From Thalia democratica (lineage: Eukaryota): a stretch of DNA of 64,000 nt. The notes under the pieces were generated by a model. The model had not been told where the DNA came from and did not search any database. It saw nothing but the letters and a program-made list of their open reading frames with translations. Of this stretch, positions 63,161 to 64,000 are shown piece after piece (position 1 is the stretch's first letter; the number at the start of each line of letters is the position of its first letter). The position numbers and the translations under genes were made by a program. The stretch covers positions 94,054,001-94,118,000 of the forward strand of contig OZ241826.1 in the NCBI GenBank assembly GCA_965202585.1. Direction: 5' to 3'.

Positions 63161-63444
63161 AAACTGTTCTATACAACACATCGTTTGTGCATAGGCTAGT
63201 AAACAAGCTAATACAAAAACAAAACTTCAAAGTCTGTCATAAATTTAAATAGCGACTATACTGCACAGCAGTTTTACTCAGAGTTAAAGTTTAAAATAAA
63301 TTGAAACGAAAAAGCACAAGTAGACTTTATGAAATCTCAATTTGATCACAAAGTTGTTTCAACTACTAACTTAACAATTATCTTTTGAAGTAAAAAGTCT
63401 TTTGAAAACTACTAATGATAGTTTTATAATGCGTAGGACTGAAC

Positions 63445-63790
63445 TATTGTAATGTAAAGATGAAGATTGTCATTTTATTTTACGTTCAATGAATGATAAA
63501 ACATCTCAAGATAACTCTAAAGCTTTATATATCTTTACAATTAATTATGTTGATTAAAATGAATTTCAAAAAATTCAAAATGCTGACCTCAATCTTCACG
63601 GAGTTAAATCTGAAAAACTTTTAAATATGCTTAAGTATGGTTATCCAAAACATTGAAAATCTTATAATAAACAGTGCAAAAAAGATTGTTTTGGTGAAGA
63701 CATTTTTCCTACAAATAACTGCTCTTGTAAAACGTCTAACATGTTAACATGAGAACTTTTAAAGGGCACTTGTTATTCTAAAGTAGGTGG
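63445..63790 (+). pseudogene. Possible decayed coding frame, Cys-containing
   Basis: About 115 codons with three stops: ..NEFQKIQNADLNLHGVKSEKLLNMLKYGYPKH*KSYNKQCKKDCFGEDIFPTNNCSCKTSNMLT*ELLKG. No family recognised. Confidence 0.3.
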
Positions 63791-63825
63791 TAAAATAAAA
63801 GAATTGTCTTTTGTTTTTGTTGTAG

Positions 63826-64000
63826 GCTACAAAAAAGAAAATACAAAAATGATTTCGACGTTGATAGAACAAGTTTATCAGGAGGAAGAAATGATGACAG
63901 ATCTATAGATTTTAAGAAACTTACAAGTGTTATTTCAGACAGCAGAAGTTTTTCCATTTCTTCAGGTTCTTTTATAAATCCTATAAACCCGATTCAATTA
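63826..64000 (+). CDS. Probable internal coding exon, partial, running off the window
   Basis: Strong acceptor tcttttgtttttgttgtAG (63824-63825), then 58 open codons LQKRKYKNDFDVDRTSLSGGRNDDRSIDFKKLTSVISDSRSFSISSGSFINPINPIQL to the window end. Confidence 0.5.

Noticed and set aside
9256-63752. Recurrent in-frame TGA (orphan copy 1, Kelch pseudo-exon Trp positions, 63.6-kb frame) as UGA=Trp recoding or selenocysteine
   Set aside because: Intact genes use TGG for Trp and the Kelch gene ends in TGA. Paralogues have GGA/GAA or TGG at the same codons, and the same tracts also carry TAA/TAG and frameshifts. Ordinary G/C-to-A/T decay explains it.
1-64000. tRNA, rRNA or snRNA genes
   Set aside because: No cloverleaf with A/B boxes or conserved rRNA/snRNA sequence was recognised by eye; tRNAscan-SE and Infernal would be decisive.

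Overview
This is very AT-rich eukaryotic (animal-like) genomic DNA with GT-AG introns, AATAAA signals and many transposon fossils. I found no rRNA, tRNA or CRISPR array. Apparently intact genes are: (i) a two-exon Kelch-like gene with a degenerate BTB, BACK and Kelch repeats (19886-19703 + 18541-17094, minus, 543 aa by my splice model); (ii) a single-exon, very divergent 14-3-3-like gene (49218-49967) that lacks the phosphate-binding residues and ends in a hydrophobic tail; (iii) two intact copies of an orphan 120-aa ORF (34744-35106 minus, 53064-53426 plus), with a third copy broken by one TGA (9046-9408). The orphan sits in a roughly 5-kb segment present three times in +/-/+ orientation, and these paralogues give empty-site proof for two transposon insertions. 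The rest is decayed coding sequence (Kelch pseudo-exons, a coiled-coil ORF with one stop, a roughly 6-kb fossil coding-like tract), Buster-type hAT elements (one of 3.3 kb with a transposase remnant), foldback/MULE-like and Tigger-like non-autonomous elements, Penelope-like fragments, a degenerate hammerhead-like motif and a 32-bp minisatellite at three sites. All family assignments are from memory of family consensus sequences; no searches were run.
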